A stretch of 64,000 nucleotides of DNA from an uncultured delta proteobacterium (GCA_963727445.1 CAVSGI010000021.1:256001-320000); one strand, 5' to 3'. Positions 52,246 to 61,839 are shown, counted from the first letter of the stretch. Program-made: numbers and translations. The notes: generated from the sequence alone by a model not told the origin.

Positions 52246-52574
52246 TGCGTGCGCTCACCCGTTCCCTCATGCTGGCGCTCACCCTGAGCTTCGCCGCGGC
52301 GCCCCTCGCCTTCGCGCAGGATCAGGAACCGGACGCGGAAGCGACTGATCCGGAAGAGGAGCGCGCCACGGAGTTCCGTGCGGTCGAAGGGCCGGTCACG
52401 GAGGACGTGCCGGGGGGCGCCCTGCTGATCACCGCGTACGCCGCCATCTGGATCCTGGTCTTCGGCTACGTCTTCCGTTTGGGTCGCATGTCGGCTCGGA
52501 CCGCGGCCGACGTGCGGCGACTCGAGCGCAGCCTCGCCGATTCGGCGGGTGACGCGAAGACCGACGAGGGCTGA
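52245..52574 (+). CDS. ccmD: CcmD-family protein with N-terminal signal peptide
   Basis: TGATG overlap with ccmC; AYAAIWILVFGYVFRL.......V.RLE. Confidence 0.7.
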   Translation: MRALTRSLMLALTLSFAAAPLAFAQDQEPDAEATDPEEERATEFRAVEGPVTEDVPGGALLITAYAAIWILVFGYVFRLGRMSARTAADVRRLERSLADSAGDAKTDEG

Positions 52575-52575
52575 G

Positions 52576-52704
52576 TTGCCCAGCATCGAGCACATCATCT
52601 ACATCCCGGGGATTCTCCTCGTCGGCCTCGCCCTGGGCTTCCGCCTCGGAGCGCGGGCTGCACGCGCCGAGCTCGAGCGTCAGGAGAAGGCCCGCCGCGA
52701 ATAG
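52576..52704 (+). CDS. Small single-TM protein (42 aa), absent from the ORF track
   Basis: GAGG RBS, TTG start; MPSIEHIIYIPGILLVGLALGFRLGARAARAELERQEKARRE*; fills the gap exactly. Confidence 0.7.
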   Translation: MPSIEHIIYIPGILLVGLALGFRLGARAARAELERQEKARRE

Positions 52705-52722
52705 CAGCCAAGGACAACGGAC

Positions 52723-53871
52723 ATGATGGATTTCGCCCTCACCGACGAGCAGAAAGCGCTCGTCGAAAACACCAGAAAGTTCGTCAAGGACCGCATCATT
52801 CCGGTCGCCGCCGAGTGTGACCAGAAGTCGAAGTTCCCGATGGACGTCTTCGAGGAGGCGTGGGAGCTCGGGCTCTCGGCGCCGATCATCCCCGAGGCCT
52901 ACGGCGGCGCGGGCCTGAGCGAGATCGACCACGTGCTCCTCACCGAGGAGCTCGCCTACGGCTGCTCCGGGATCCAGACCTCCCTCACCGCCAACACCCT
53001 GGCTTCGACCCCGCTGATCATCGCTGGCACCGAGGAGCAGAAGAAGAAGTACCTGGGGATGCTCACCGCCGACAAGGTGTGCGCCGCCTACGCCATCACC
53101 GAGCCCGCGGCCGGGAGCGACGCGGCGGGGATCCTCTGCACCGCGAAGCAGGTCGGCGACGAGTGGGTGCTGAACGGCACCAAGCACTTCATCACCAACG
53201 CCTCCTTCGCCCAGTGGTACGTGATCTTCGCCACCACCGACCCGAAGCTCCGGCACAAGGGCATCATGGCGTTCGTTGTCGACCGCGACACGCCCGGTCT
53301 CTCCCTCGGCAAGAAGGAGGACAAGATGGGCCAGCGCGCGAGCGACACCGCGACGGTGATCCTCGAGGACGCCCGGGTGCCGAACGCGAACGTGCTCGCG
53401 CCGGCCGGTGAGGGCTTCAAGGTCGCGATGCAGACCTTCGACCGGACTCGTCCGGACATCGGCGCCGGGGCCTGCGGCATCATGCGCCGCGCCCTCGACG
53501 AGTCGGTGGCGTATGCGCTCGAGCGAAAGACATTCGGCACGCCGATCGCCAACCACCAGATGGTGCAGACCATGATCGCCGACATGGCGATCGCCTACGA
53601 GGCGACCCGCCTCTTGGTGCACAAAGCGGCGTGGATGATCGATCAGGGCGGGAAGAACTCGGTCGTCGCCAGTTACAGCAAGGCCTTCGGCGCCGACAGC
53701 TGCATGAAGGTCACCACCGACGCGGTGCAGGTCTTCGGCGGAGTCGGCTACATGAAGGACTTCCCGGTCGAGAAGCTGATGCGTGACGCGAAGATCCTCC
53801 AGATCTACGAAGGCACCTCTCAGGTGCAGCGCATGGTCATCGCCAGGAACGTGTTCAAGGGCATTCGTTGA
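52723..53871 (+). CDS. Acyl-CoA dehydrogenase
   Basis: AITEPAAGSD, LNGTKHFITN, KMGQRASDT, RKTFG, AVQVFGGVGY, RDAKILQIYEGTSQVQR. Confidence 0.96.
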   Translation: MMDFALTDEQKALVENTRKFVKDRIIPVAAECDQKSKFPMDVFEEAWELGLSAPIIPEAYGGAGLSEIDHVLLTEELAYGCSGIQTSLTANTLASTPLIIAGTEEQKKKYLGMLTADKVCAAYAITEPAAGSDAAGILCTAKQVGDEWVLNGTKHFITNASFAQWYVIFATTDPKLRHKGIMAFVVDRDTPGLSLGKKEDKMGQRASDTATVILEDARVPNANVLAPAGEGFKVAMQTFDRTRPDIGAGACGIMRRALDESVAYALERKTFGTPIANHQMVQTMIADMAIAYEATRLLVHKAAWMIDQGGKNSVVASYSKAFGADSCMKVTTDAVQVFGGVGYMKDFPVEKLMRDAKILQIYEGTSQVQRMVIARNVFKGIR

Positions 53872-54914
53872 GGCGACCGGTCCTCATCGCGACCCTGTGG
53901 GCGATCGCGTTCACGGCGATCGCTCTATCGGCGACCGCGCAGACGGTGGAGCCCCGGGTGACCTCCGAGGTCCTGCCCTCGGTCTTGATGCGGCAGACCC
54001 ACCGGGGCGCGCTCCTCGCGGCGTACAGGCATGGGCACCAGCGCTTTCTCGGCTCGAACCTCGACCAGGACGTCATCCTTCGGTACCTCGAGGGCGCTCG
54101 CCCGATTCGTTTCAAGCCGGTCGGCTCGACCTCGATCGTCTACGAGATGGTTCTCGACGGCCCCGTGAACGCCGCTTTCAAGCCCGGCAGCCGACACCGG
54201 CCCGGCGGCGCGATCGCGGAGGTCGCGGCGTACCGAATCGCGCGCCTTCTCGGAATGGACAACGTGCCGCCGGCGGTCACGCGCTGGGTCCGGCGGGACG
54301 ACATTCAGAGCCGTCTCCATCCGGACTATGCCGACGCCTGGGACGAGATCGTCGATTGGACGCTCTGGGACGACCAGGGGCGGGCGGCCGGCGCCGCGAT
54401 CTACTGGGTGCCGGAGATGCGCAGCCTCGGGCTCGAGAGCGATTCCAGCATTCGCCGCTGGACGCGGCGACTGAAGCAGGGCGGTCCCGCCATCCAAGAC
54501 GACGAGCGGGCGATGTACACGGACCTGAGCCGCATGCTGGTCCTCGACTATCTCATCGGTAACTGGGATCGCTGGAGCGGCGGTAATGCGCAGGGGATGC
54601 CGGACGGCAGTCGACTCTTCACGCGCGATCACGACATGGCGTTCGGCTCGCCCCTCGCCGCCAACCTCCATCGCCGCGTCTTCGACCACCTGCTGAGGGC
54701 CGAGCACTTCTCGCGGTCCCAGATCGACCGGTTGCTCGCGATGAACGAGCCCGCGCTGCGCACGGAGCTGCGTCAGGATCCGGGGGCTGCGAGCGGCATG
54801 ACCCTCGACGACGGTCAGATCGCGGGCGTGATGGATCGGCGGCGCGCGGTGATCTCCTACGTCGTAGCCCTCATCGACCAATACGGTGAGGATCGCGTGC
54901 TCAGCCTGCCCTAG
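53868..54914 (+). CDS. Secreted atypical kinase (Fam20C/Four-jointed/CotH/PI4K-like fold)
   Basis: Signal peptide; AAFKP, AEVAAYRIARLLGMDNVPPAVTR, DYLIGNWDR, RDHDMAF. Confidence 0.75.
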   Translation: MRRPVLIATLWAIAFTAIALSATAQTVEPRVTSEVLPSVLMRQTHRGALLAAYRHGHQRFLGSNLDQDVILRYLEGARPIRFKPVGSTSIVYEMVLDGPVNAAFKPGSRHRPGGAIAEVAAYRIARLLGMDNVPPAVTRWVRRDDIQSRLHPDYADAWDEIVDWTLWDDQGRAAGAAIYWVPEMRSLGLESDSSIRRWTRRLKQGGPAIQDDERAMYTDLSRMLVLDYLIGNWDRWSGGNAQGMPDGSRLFTRDHDMAFGSPLAANLHRRVFDHLLRAEHFSRSQIDRLLAMNEPALRTELRQDPGAASGMTLDDGQIAGVMDRRRAVISYVVALIDQYGEDRVLSLP

Positions 54915-55096
54915 TGCCTGATCCACGAGTCTCGAGGGGGCCCTCGCTCGTTCCTCGGCCGCCTCGCGGCGTCCGGAAACCTCGAATGTGCGCTGCACGT
55001 CCATCGGTTTCCGTCCTTGCGAGGCGACCGAGGTCCGTCGCGATCATCCCCTCGAGACTTATGAATCAGGCACTAGACGGAGTATCCTCCTGCCCC

Positions 55097-55429
55097 ATGG
55101 CGGCCTGGGAGACGCTCCTCGCGGCGGTGGGCGGATTGGTCCTTGGCTTCGGCTTGGGGCTCTTCTTCGGCCACCGTTCCGAGCGTAGCCAGGCCAAGAA
55201 GATGCGGCGCATCAAGGCGCGCCTGAGGGCCTCGGTTCTGCCCATCCTCGAAGGGCGCGCACAGCAGCTCGGTCTGCCGCGAGAGAAGCGCGGATACGAC
55301 ACGGAGGATCCGCTGGAGGTCGCCGTCGACCTGTCGAACTCGATCATCCAGTATCAGGAGGAGCAGAACCTCGCCTTCTCCGATACGGTGAGGCTCGACA
55401 AGGTGGAGCTGGACGAGGTGGAGTCGTGA
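55097..55429 (+). CDS. Hypothetical single-TM protein
   Basis: N-terminal LLAAVGGLVLGFGLGLFFG; GTGA overlap with the next gene. Confidence 0.7.
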   Translation: MAAWETLLAAVGGLVLGFGLGLFFGHRSERSQAKKMRRIKARLRASVLPILEGRAQQLGLPREKRGYDTEDPLEVAVDLSNSIIQYQEEQNLAFSDTVRLDKVELDEVES

Positions 55430-56100
55430 GCGACAAGGCGAAGCAGATCGGGGAGCTGCTCGGTCTGATCATCCACGACCTCAGAAACCCGGCGGCGACC
55501 ATCGCGGCCAACACGGCCTTCGTCAAAGAGGTGCTTCCCGCCGGCGACGAGGATCTCGCCGAGAGCCTCGCGGATGTCGAGCAGGCGCTCGACGATCTGT
55601 TGCGAGGACTCGAGCAGGTGGTGTGGATCGGTCGATGGCTCTCCGATGAGAAGGCCGTGGGGAACATCCAGGACGGCGACGTCTGCGCGGCCCTCGAGTC
55701 GCTTCCCCAGCCTTCCGAGGGAATGAGCCTGCGCGTCGAGTGCGCCCAGAACCCGCTGCGTGCGCGCGGCGGCGCGATGATCCGGCCCCTCGTCGAGGTG
55801 ATGGTGGCGAACTCCGTGCAGTACGCGCGGCGGGGCGAGATCGTGGTGCGCGTCGAGAAGCGTGACGACGAGGTGTGGGTCTCCGTGGTGGACGGCGGCC
55901 CGGCCGTCGCTCCCGAGCTTCGCGAGTCGTGCTTCACCCTGGAGGGGCAGAAGTCGCTCAAGGGACGACCGGACGGGCGCTACGGGCGCGCGCTCGGGCT
56001 CTTCGCGGCTCGTGTCTACGCCGAGAGCATCGGGGGCCGGATCGAGGCTGACGGCGAGGACGGCGCCGCCATTCTGAGGGTGCGCTTGTCCGCGGCCTAG
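55426..56100 (+). CDS. Histidine kinase without a sensor domain (HisKA + HATPase)
   Basis: HDLRNP, N-box ANSVQY, D.GP, F-box, G.LGL, GG.I. Confidence 0.85.
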   Translation: MSDKAKQIGELLGLIIHDLRNPAATIAANTAFVKEVLPAGDEDLAESLADVEQALDDLLRGLEQVVWIGRWLSDEKAVGNIQDGDVCAALESLPQPSEGMSLRVECAQNPLRARGGAMIRPLVEVMVANSVQYARRGEIVVRVEKRDDEVWVSVVDGGPAVAPELRESCFTLEGQKSLKGRPDGRYGRALGLFAARVYAESIGGRIEADGEDGAAILRVRLSAA

Positions 56101-56315
56101 AGCAGCTCGAAGGATTGGACTTCGATCGCGTCGCCGACCATGCCGATGGTCACTTCCGCCCCTTTTCGCGTCCCGCGAACCCGGGCTTTCTTGCCGTCGG
56201 AGCGGAGCTCGGCGGGGGGATCGACCAACTCGATGGTGGATCCGTCGTCGGTGACCAGGGCCCAGAGGCCGCCTTCGAGCCCCAGCTTGCGAATCGTTCC
56301 GGTGAATTCGGCCAT
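56097..56315 (-). CDS. Small OB-fold-like hypothetical protein
   Basis: GTIRKLGLEGGLWALVTDDG...V.G..........G..IEV. Confidence 0.7.
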   Translation of the reverse strand: MAEFTGTIRKLGLEGGLWALVTDDGSTIELVDPPAELRSDGKKARVRGTRKGAEVTIGMVGDAIEVQSFELL

Positions 56316-56383
56316 CAGGGGGCCAGCATAAGCACTGCTATCGCGCTTGACATCCCCCGCCGTCGGGCGCGAAGGATAGCGTC

Positions 56384-56779
56384 ATGAAGCTGGGGGAGGT
56401 GGAAGCGCATTTGAAAGAGCTCGGCTGGGCCCCCGAAGCCCACGGCAACTCCACCCTCCGCAGCGAGCACGCGTCGGAGGAGGGGCCGATCGTGGTGTAC
56501 GTGCGGGTGAGCGACGAGTGGCTCATCGCCTCCGTGGTCCCCTTCCTCGCCACCCGCGGGAACAACTCCTTCGAGCTGAGCCGTTGGCTCCTCCGACAGA
56601 ACCGCGACATGAACCAGGCGAAGTTCGCCTATGACGAGGACGGCGACGTGGTGCTCACCCTCGAGGTGCCCACCGAGTCGCTCGATCCTGCCGAGCTCGA
56701 CTCCGCGCTGGAGGAGCTGATCAAGCGGACCGTGCAGCACCGGGGAACACTGCGCGCGGCCGCCGAAGCCGCACGCTGA
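56384..56779 (+). CDS. YbjN / T3SS-chaperone-like domain protein
   Basis: LL..N.......F..D.DG.V.L..E.P...LD..EL. Confidence 0.8.
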   Translation: MKLGEVEAHLKELGWAPEAHGNSTLRSEHASEEGPIVVYVRVSDEWLIASVVPFLATRGNNSFELSRWLLRQNRDMNQAKFAYDEDGDVVLTLEVPTESLDPAELDSALEELIKRTVQHRGTLRAAAEAAR

Positions 56780-56818
56780 AGCGCCTGATCCCACTCGCTC
56801 GTCGTGCTGAGCGCTGAG

Positions 56819-58147
56819 TCAGTCGTCGTCGCCGGCCTCGCCGCGGAGTCGGGCGAGCTTTTCGCGGATGCGTGCTTCGAGGCCGCTGTCCCGGGGCTCG
56901 TAGTACCGGCGGCCAGCGAGCGCTTCCGGCAGGTACGTAGCGCCTTCGGCGTAGCCGCCTTCGTCGTGAGGGTAGCGGTACCCCTCACCGTAGCCCCACT
57001 CCTTCATCGACTTGGTGGCCGCGTTGCGCAGCGACATGGGGACGGGGAGGGCGCCGCGCTGTCGCACGTCTTCACGCGCCGCGACGAAGGCGCGGTAGCT
57101 CGCGTTCGATTTCGGCGCGCAAGCGAGGTAGGTGCATGCCTGCGCCATCGCGTGCAGCCCCTCCGGCATCCCCAGGCGACGGAACGCCTCGTCGGCGGCG
57201 GTGGCCACCATGAGCGCGCGCGGGTCGGCGTTGCCCACGTCCTCGGAGGCGAAGATGATCAGGCGCCGTAGGATGAAGAGTGGATCGTCGCCGGCCTCGA
57301 CCATACGCATCATCCAGTAGATCGCGGCGTCGGGGTCCGTTCCGCGCATGGATTTGATGAGGGCGCTGACCACGTTGTAGTGCTCTTCGCCGCTCTTGTC
57401 GTAGAGGAGGGTCTTGTCGCTGAGCGCCTCCGTGACGGCTTCGAGGGTGAGCTTCTTGTCCTCGCTCTTGGCGTGGGCGACCGCGAGCTCCAGCACGTCG
57501 AGCGCCCTTCGCGCGTCGCCCCGCGCACCCTCCGCGATCGCCTCGAGCACGTCGGTCTCCGTGTCGAGCATGGCCTCGGTCGCGCCGAGGCCTCGCTCAG
57601 TGTCCGTGAGCGCGCGCCGTAGAAGAGTCGTCAGATCCTCCGTCGACAACGGCTCGAGGCGAAAGACGCGGGCGCGCGACAAGAGCGCGGCGTTGACCGC
57701 GAAGGACGGGTTCTCGGTGGTCGCGCCGATCAGCACCACCGTGCCCTTCTCCACGTGCGGAAGGAGCGCGTCCTGTTGTGCCTTGTTGAAGCGATGGATC
57801 TCGTCGACGAAGAGGATGGTGCGCTTGCCGTAGATGCGTTTCTGATCTGCGGCTTCACCGATCAGCTTGCGAAGCGCAGGCACGCCGCCGAGCACCGCGC
57901 TGAACGGTTCGAAGCGCGCCGACGTTTCGTTCGCGACGACGCGCGCGATGGTGGTCTTTCCGGTACCGGGCGGACCCCACAGGATGATCGATGGAACGCG
58001 ATCGTCGCGAATGGCGCGCGCGAGGAGCTTGTTGTCCGAGAGCAGATGCCTCTGGCCGACGATTTCTTCGAGTCGGCGCGGACGCATTCGATCCGCGAGG
58101 GGCTTTCCCTCCGTATCTCTTTCAGCGCGATGTTCGAAGAGGTCCAT
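56819..58147 (-). CDS. rarA: Replication-associated recombination protein A (RarA/MgsA)
   Basis: [56 protein letters not shown]. Confidence 0.96.
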   Translation of the reverse strand: MDLFEHRAERDTEGKPLADRMRPRRLEEIVGQRHLLSDNKLLARAIRDDRVPSIILWGPPGTGKTTIARVVANETSARFEPFSAVLGGVPALRKLIGEAADQKRIYGKRTILFVDEIHRFNKAQQDALLPHVEKGTVVLIGATTENPSFAVNAALLSRARVFRLEPLSTEDLTTLLRRALTDTERGLGATEAMLDTETDVLEAIAEGARGDARRALDVLELAVAHAKSEDKKLTLEAVTEALSDKTLLYDKSGEEHYNVVSALIKSMRGTDPDAAIYWMMRMVEAGDDPLFILRRLIIFASEDVGNADPRALMVATAADEAFRRLGMPEGLHAMAQACTYLACAPKSNASYRAFVAAREDVRQRGALPVPMSLRNAATKSMKEWGYGEGYRYPHDEGGYAEGATYLPEALAGRRYYEPRDSGLEARIREKLARLRGEAGDDD

Positions 58148-58255
58148 GAAAACGTCCCTGAATTGATGCGCAAACCAAGGCCTACCACGACACGAATGTC
58201 CGACCTCTGACATACGAATGAACCAAAAGCCCTGTGCATTCGTCAGATCCTTTCG

Positions 58256-58271
58256 TGGCACGTCCGTTGCT
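58256..58271 (+). promoter_or_regulatory. Sigma-54 (-24/-12) promoter
   Basis: TGGCAC-GTCCG-TTGCT matches TGGCAC-N5-TTGCW, 48 bp upstream of ATG 58320. Confidence 0.75.
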
Positions 58272-58319
58272 CGAATCCACCCTGAGCGGAATACCCGAAC
58301 CGCTCGAAAGTGAGGCCTG

Positions 58320-58787
58320 ATGTTCGACCTCCTCGAATCCGTTTACGAGTATCAGCGCCTCGCCGCGAAGGAAGAGGCGCTGGACGACGAGGAGAGGGTC
58401 AGGCTCATGGGCCTGAAGACGCTCCTCGAAGGCGCGTACGTGGGCGGTGAGTCGACACGCGACAAGTCACGCAAGTCCACGCCCCTGCCCGTGCAGTTCA
58501 CGGTGCCCGGCGGCTTCGCCCGCGGCCAGATGCACAGCATCTCGCGCCGAGGCGTCGCGGTTGTCGGCGCCAAGGGCGTCGCTCGTGGAACGCGGACCGT
58601 CCTGCGCGTCGCCAACCCCCTCAAGGGCGTCGAGTACACCTTCCCCGGAACGGTGGTCTGGAACCGGGATCGGGTCCTCGGCATCGCCTTCGATGGCGTC
58701 CCGTCGATCAACCCCTACCTCGCCGCGGCCACTTCTCCCTGGCGGAGGCCCTTCTTCGGTGTGATCGCCGAGCCTCTCGTCGCCTGA
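58320..58787 (+). CDS. PilZ-like domain protein with degenerate motifs
   Basis: RDKSR..(RxxxR), SISRRG in place of D/NxSxxG, FPGTVVW....GIAF. Confidence 0.75.
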   Translation: MFDLLESVYEYQRLAAKEEALDDEERVRLMGLKTLLEGAYVGGESTRDKSRKSTPLPVQFTVPGGFARGQMHSISRRGVAVVGAKGVARGTRTVLRVANPLKGVEYTFPGTVVWNRDRVLGIAFDGVPSINPYLAAATSPWRRPFFGVIAEPLVA

Positions 58788-59016
58788 GACCAGAACGGGA
58801 GATGCTCCTGTACCGGAGCATGGAGCGCTCCATGTTCCCGCGCCCGATGGGTGTCTCGCGAGATCAGAGGCCTTTCGCGGGCGCCATCGGCGGCATCTCG
58901 GTTGCAGAGTCCCCGGCCGGAGGCGCAACGAAGGAAAACAGCCTCCATCATCGGGAATGGGTTTCTCGAGCGGTCTGACCAAAAGCCGAGGGGGACCGGC
59001 GCACAGACCGTTTTTG

Positions 59017-59053
59017 GAGGGCCACGCGATTTCGGTCGCGTGGCCCTCTCTTT
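59017..59053 (+). terminator. Intrinsic terminator-like hairpin
   Basis: GAGGGCCACGCGA-TTTCGG-TCGCGTGGCCCTC (13-bp stem) followed by TCTTT. Confidence 0.7.
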
Positions 59054-59057
59054 ATGT

Positions 59058-59633
59058 TCAGTCGTCGATCCGCTCGTGCACCGACCGCTCGTTACTGACG
59101 GCGCGTCCGAGGATCTCGATCCACTCCGGGCGGCTGATCAACCCGTGGAGCTGCACGAAGACGTGGTCGAGGTGCGCCTCGACGCCGCGGATCTGCATGC
59201 GTGCACCCGCGTCGCAACGCCCGAGCGAGTTCTCGAGCGCCAGGATCTCGATCGGACGGCTGGGCAATGCCCGAAGCTCGATCTGCACCCAGGTCCCCTC
59301 GGCCGACGGCGGCTGCACCCGTTGGCTCGCGATGCCATACGCGCGCGGCTCGCCGAAGCTCAGCCCCTGAAGGGTCACGGGGGTGTTCGCCAGCATGCGC
59401 CAGTAGGGGAAGACCGGCGCGTCTCCGCGCGGCCGACACCGTTCGTCGAGCCGGATGGCGAAATCCACGCGGTTACGGTTCTCACTCTTCGCGATGTAGA
59501 AGATCGTGCGCACGTCGTGGGGGCCGAAGGTCGGCGCGTCGTCCGCCGAAGCCGGCGGGGTCGCGACGGCGAGAAGAGCCAGGAGCACAGCGAGGGTGAG
59601 GGCGCGCGTCGCGGGTCGTCGCGTTGTCGGCAC
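59058..59633 (-). CDS. DUF4833-like secreted protein
   Basis: Signal peptide; FYIAKSENRN.V........P..PYW......L...E..AYG. Confidence 0.75.
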   Translation of the reverse strand: MPTTRRPATRALTLAVLLALLAVATPPASADDAPTFGPHDVRTIFYIAKSENRNRVDFAIRLDERCRPRGDAPVFPYWRMLANTPVTLQGLSFGEPRAYGIASQRVQPPSAEGTWVQIELRALPSRPIEILALENSLGRCDAGARMQIRGVEAHLDHVFVQLHGLISRPEWIEILGRAVSNERSVHERIDD

Positions 59634-59716
59634 GGCACCACCTTACGGCACTTCTGGCTGCTGTGCTGGCCACCTGCCGCCCGGATTGCAGGGGAAATCG
59701 GCCGAACCCAGGCGGC

Positions 59717-61072
59717 ATGGCACGTGCTGTTCGTCGACCGGTGCGCCTCCATCTCCTCCTGCTTCTCTCGTCGCTCACGACGGCATGCGTCGGTGCCGCC
59801 GAGCCGCCGTCTCCGCGCGTCTCGGGCGGCGGCAAGGCGGACGAGGACGGCGCGCAGATCCTCGAAGGCGTGCTCACCACCGGGGTGCGCCTCGACCTCG
59901 CGCGCCTCGAAGGGCGCGCGGTCGTGCGGCATGCGCCAGCGGAGGAGATCCGCCTCGAGGCGCCTGGGCTCACCATCGCGCGGGTGCTCGGCGAAGACGG
60001 CGAAGAGATCGCGGTGGAGCCGGACGATGGCGGGACTCTGGTCCTCGACGGCGACTCGGAGGGGGTCAACACCTTCACCTTCGAATACACGTTCTCGGCC
60101 AAGCCCCACGGCACCCTCGAGGGGTGGGTCGCCGAGGACGGCGTGTCGTTCACGTGGCCGTACTTCTGCGGCAACCTCTTCCCCTGCGTCTCGAAGCCCA
60201 GCGACGGCGCGCGCTTCGAGCTCGAGCTCGCGGGCATCCCCGAGGGTACGGTCGCCATCTATCCGACGGCGATCCCCAGCGACGCCCCGGCATACATGCT
60301 CGCTTTCGCCGTCGGTGATTACGAGCACGAGCTCCTCGGCACGACCCCCGCCGGCACCGACGTGAGCGTCTACTACTATCGGGGCGAAGCCGAAGCGGCG
60401 CACGAAGGCACGGCGCTCCTGGTTTCGGCCTTCGCGTTCCTCGAGGAGACCTACGGACCGTATCTCTTCGGCGATGACGTCGCTTCGGTCTCCGCCGATT
60501 GGGGACCGGGGGACTACGGCGGGATGGAGCATCATCCCTACTTCCACGTCGGCCGTGGCTCGATGCGGGACCGCGTCACCCACGCCCACGAAGCCGCGCA
60601 CGGATGGTTCGGCGACGGCGTGCGCATCCGCTGCTGGGAGGACTTCGTCCTCTCCGAAGGCACCACCAGCTACCTGGCAGCGCGTGCCCTCGCCGCCGCG
60701 GGCGGTGAGGAGGTCGAAGCCGAGGTGTGGGCCGGGTACGAGCAGCGTCTCCGAGACGCCGTCGCCTACGGCGACACCGAAGCGTGGCCGGGCGGGGGGA
60801 CCGAAGGCTGCGACGAGATCGACATCCTCACCCACCCCGTGTGGTCGAGCATTCCGTACATGAAGGGCGCCTTCTTCCTGCGCGCGGTGGAGCGCGAGGT
60901 GGGGGCCGAGGCGCTCGATGGCGTGCTCGCCAGCTTCTACGCCGAGCACGGAGGCCGCGAGGCGGCTTCGGTGTCGGATCTCTTGCGCGCCATCGACGAC
61001 GGCACCGGCTTCGACCCCATGCCCCTCGCTCGGGCGTGGCTCCTCGGCCGGGGCATTCCCCCACTGCCCTGA
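59717..61072 (+). CDS. M1-family zinc aminopeptidase lipoprotein
   Basis: GGMEH, HEAAHGWFG-x-LSEG, PYMKGA.FL; start at 59717 or 59741. Confidence 0.92.
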   Translation: MARAVRRPVRLHLLLLLSSLTTACVGAAEPPSPRVSGGGKADEDGAQILEGVLTTGVRLDLARLEGRAVVRHAPAEEIRLEAPGLTIARVLGEDGEEIAVEPDDGGTLVLDGDSEGVNTFTFEYTFSAKPHGTLEGWVAEDGVSFTWPYFCGNLFPCVSKPSDGARFELELAGIPEGTVAIYPTAIPSDAPAYMLAFAVGDYEHELLGTTPAGTDVSVYYYRGEAEAAHEGTALLVSAFAFLEETYGPYLFGDDVASVSADWGPGDYGGMEHHPYFHVGRGSMRDRVTHAHEAAHGWFGDGVRIRCWEDFVLSEGTTSYLAARALAAAGGEEVEAEVWAGYEQRLRDAVAYGDTEAWPGGGTEGCDEIDILTHPVWSSIPYMKGAFFLRAVEREVGAEALDGVLASFYAEHGGREAASVSDLLRAIDDGTGFDPMPLARAWLLGRGIPPLP

Positions 61073-61082
61073 GGCGCCGCGA

Positions 61083-61433
61083 TCAGCTCCAGCGGCCCAT
61101 CGCGCCGAGGTCGTGGACCTCGGTGAAGCCGCGCGACTTCAGGATGCGCTTGGCGCTGCCGCTTCGGGCGCCGCTCTGACAGTAGAGAACGATCGGGGCG
61201 TCGGTCTTGCCGAGGTCCGTCGCGCGCGTCGAGAGCTCGTTCAACGGGACGTTGATGGCGCCGTCGATGTGGCCGGCGCCGAATTCGCCAGGCGTGCGTA
61301 CGTCGACGAGCTTGGCGCCCATGTCCACGAGCTGCCGGGCGAGCGCCGGGGAGCACTTCCCCGCGAAGCTCCGATAGAAGAAGAAGAGGACAAAGGCGCC
61401 GACGGCGACGAGGAGAACGGTGTTGGGCTCCAT
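61083..61433 (-). CDS. Rhodanese-like domain protein with N-terminal TM
   Basis: VDVRTPGEFGAGHIDGAINVP, YCQSGARS. Confidence 0.92.
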   Translation of the reverse strand: MEPNTVLLVAVGAFVLFFFYRSFAGKCSPALARQLVDMGAKLVDVRTPGEFGAGHIDGAINVPLNELSTRATDLGKTDAPIVLYCQSGARSGSAKRILKSRGFTEVHDLGAMGRWS

Positions 61434-61440
61434 GTCGTGC

Positions 61441-61839
61441 TCACTCCGCGGGTGGGGCGGTCTCCGCCTCGGCTTCGGCCTGTCGCTCTGCGATCTCCTT
61501 CTTCACCTCGTCCATGTCCAGCGCCTCGATCTGCTTGACGAGGTCGCGCAGCGCGGGCTCGGGGACGAGGCCGGCCTGGTTGAAGAGGAGCACGCCATCG
61601 CGGAAGGCCATCAGCGTCGGGATGGCTCGGATGCCGAAGCTCGCCGCGAGGACTTGCTCCGCCTCGGTGTCCACCTTGCCGAAGGTGATGTTCGGATGGT
61701 CCTCCGCCACCTTCTCGTAGATGGGAGAGAAGGTCCGACACGGGCCACACCAGCTGGCCCAGAAGTCGATGAGGAGGATGCCTTCCTCGGATTCGATGGC
61801 GCTCTTCACCATCTCGAGGTCGAGGTTTACTGTCGTCAT
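61441..61839 (-). CDS. trxA: Thioredoxin
   Basis: DFWASWCGPC, IRAIPTLM.F. Confidence 0.92.
   Translation of the reverse strand: MTTVNLDLEMVKSAIESEEGILLIDFWASWCGPCRTFSPIYEKVAEDHPNITFGKVDTEAEQVLAASFGIRAIPTLMAFRDGVLLFNQAGLVPEPALRDLVKQIEALDMDEVKKEIAERQAEAEAETAPPAE

Noticed and set aside
58905..58950. SRP RNA or RNase P RNA
   Set aside because: The GAAGGAA..CAGCC resemblance lacks the SRP CAGG...GGAA...AGCAG core, and the RNase P signature GAGGAAAGTCC is absent.
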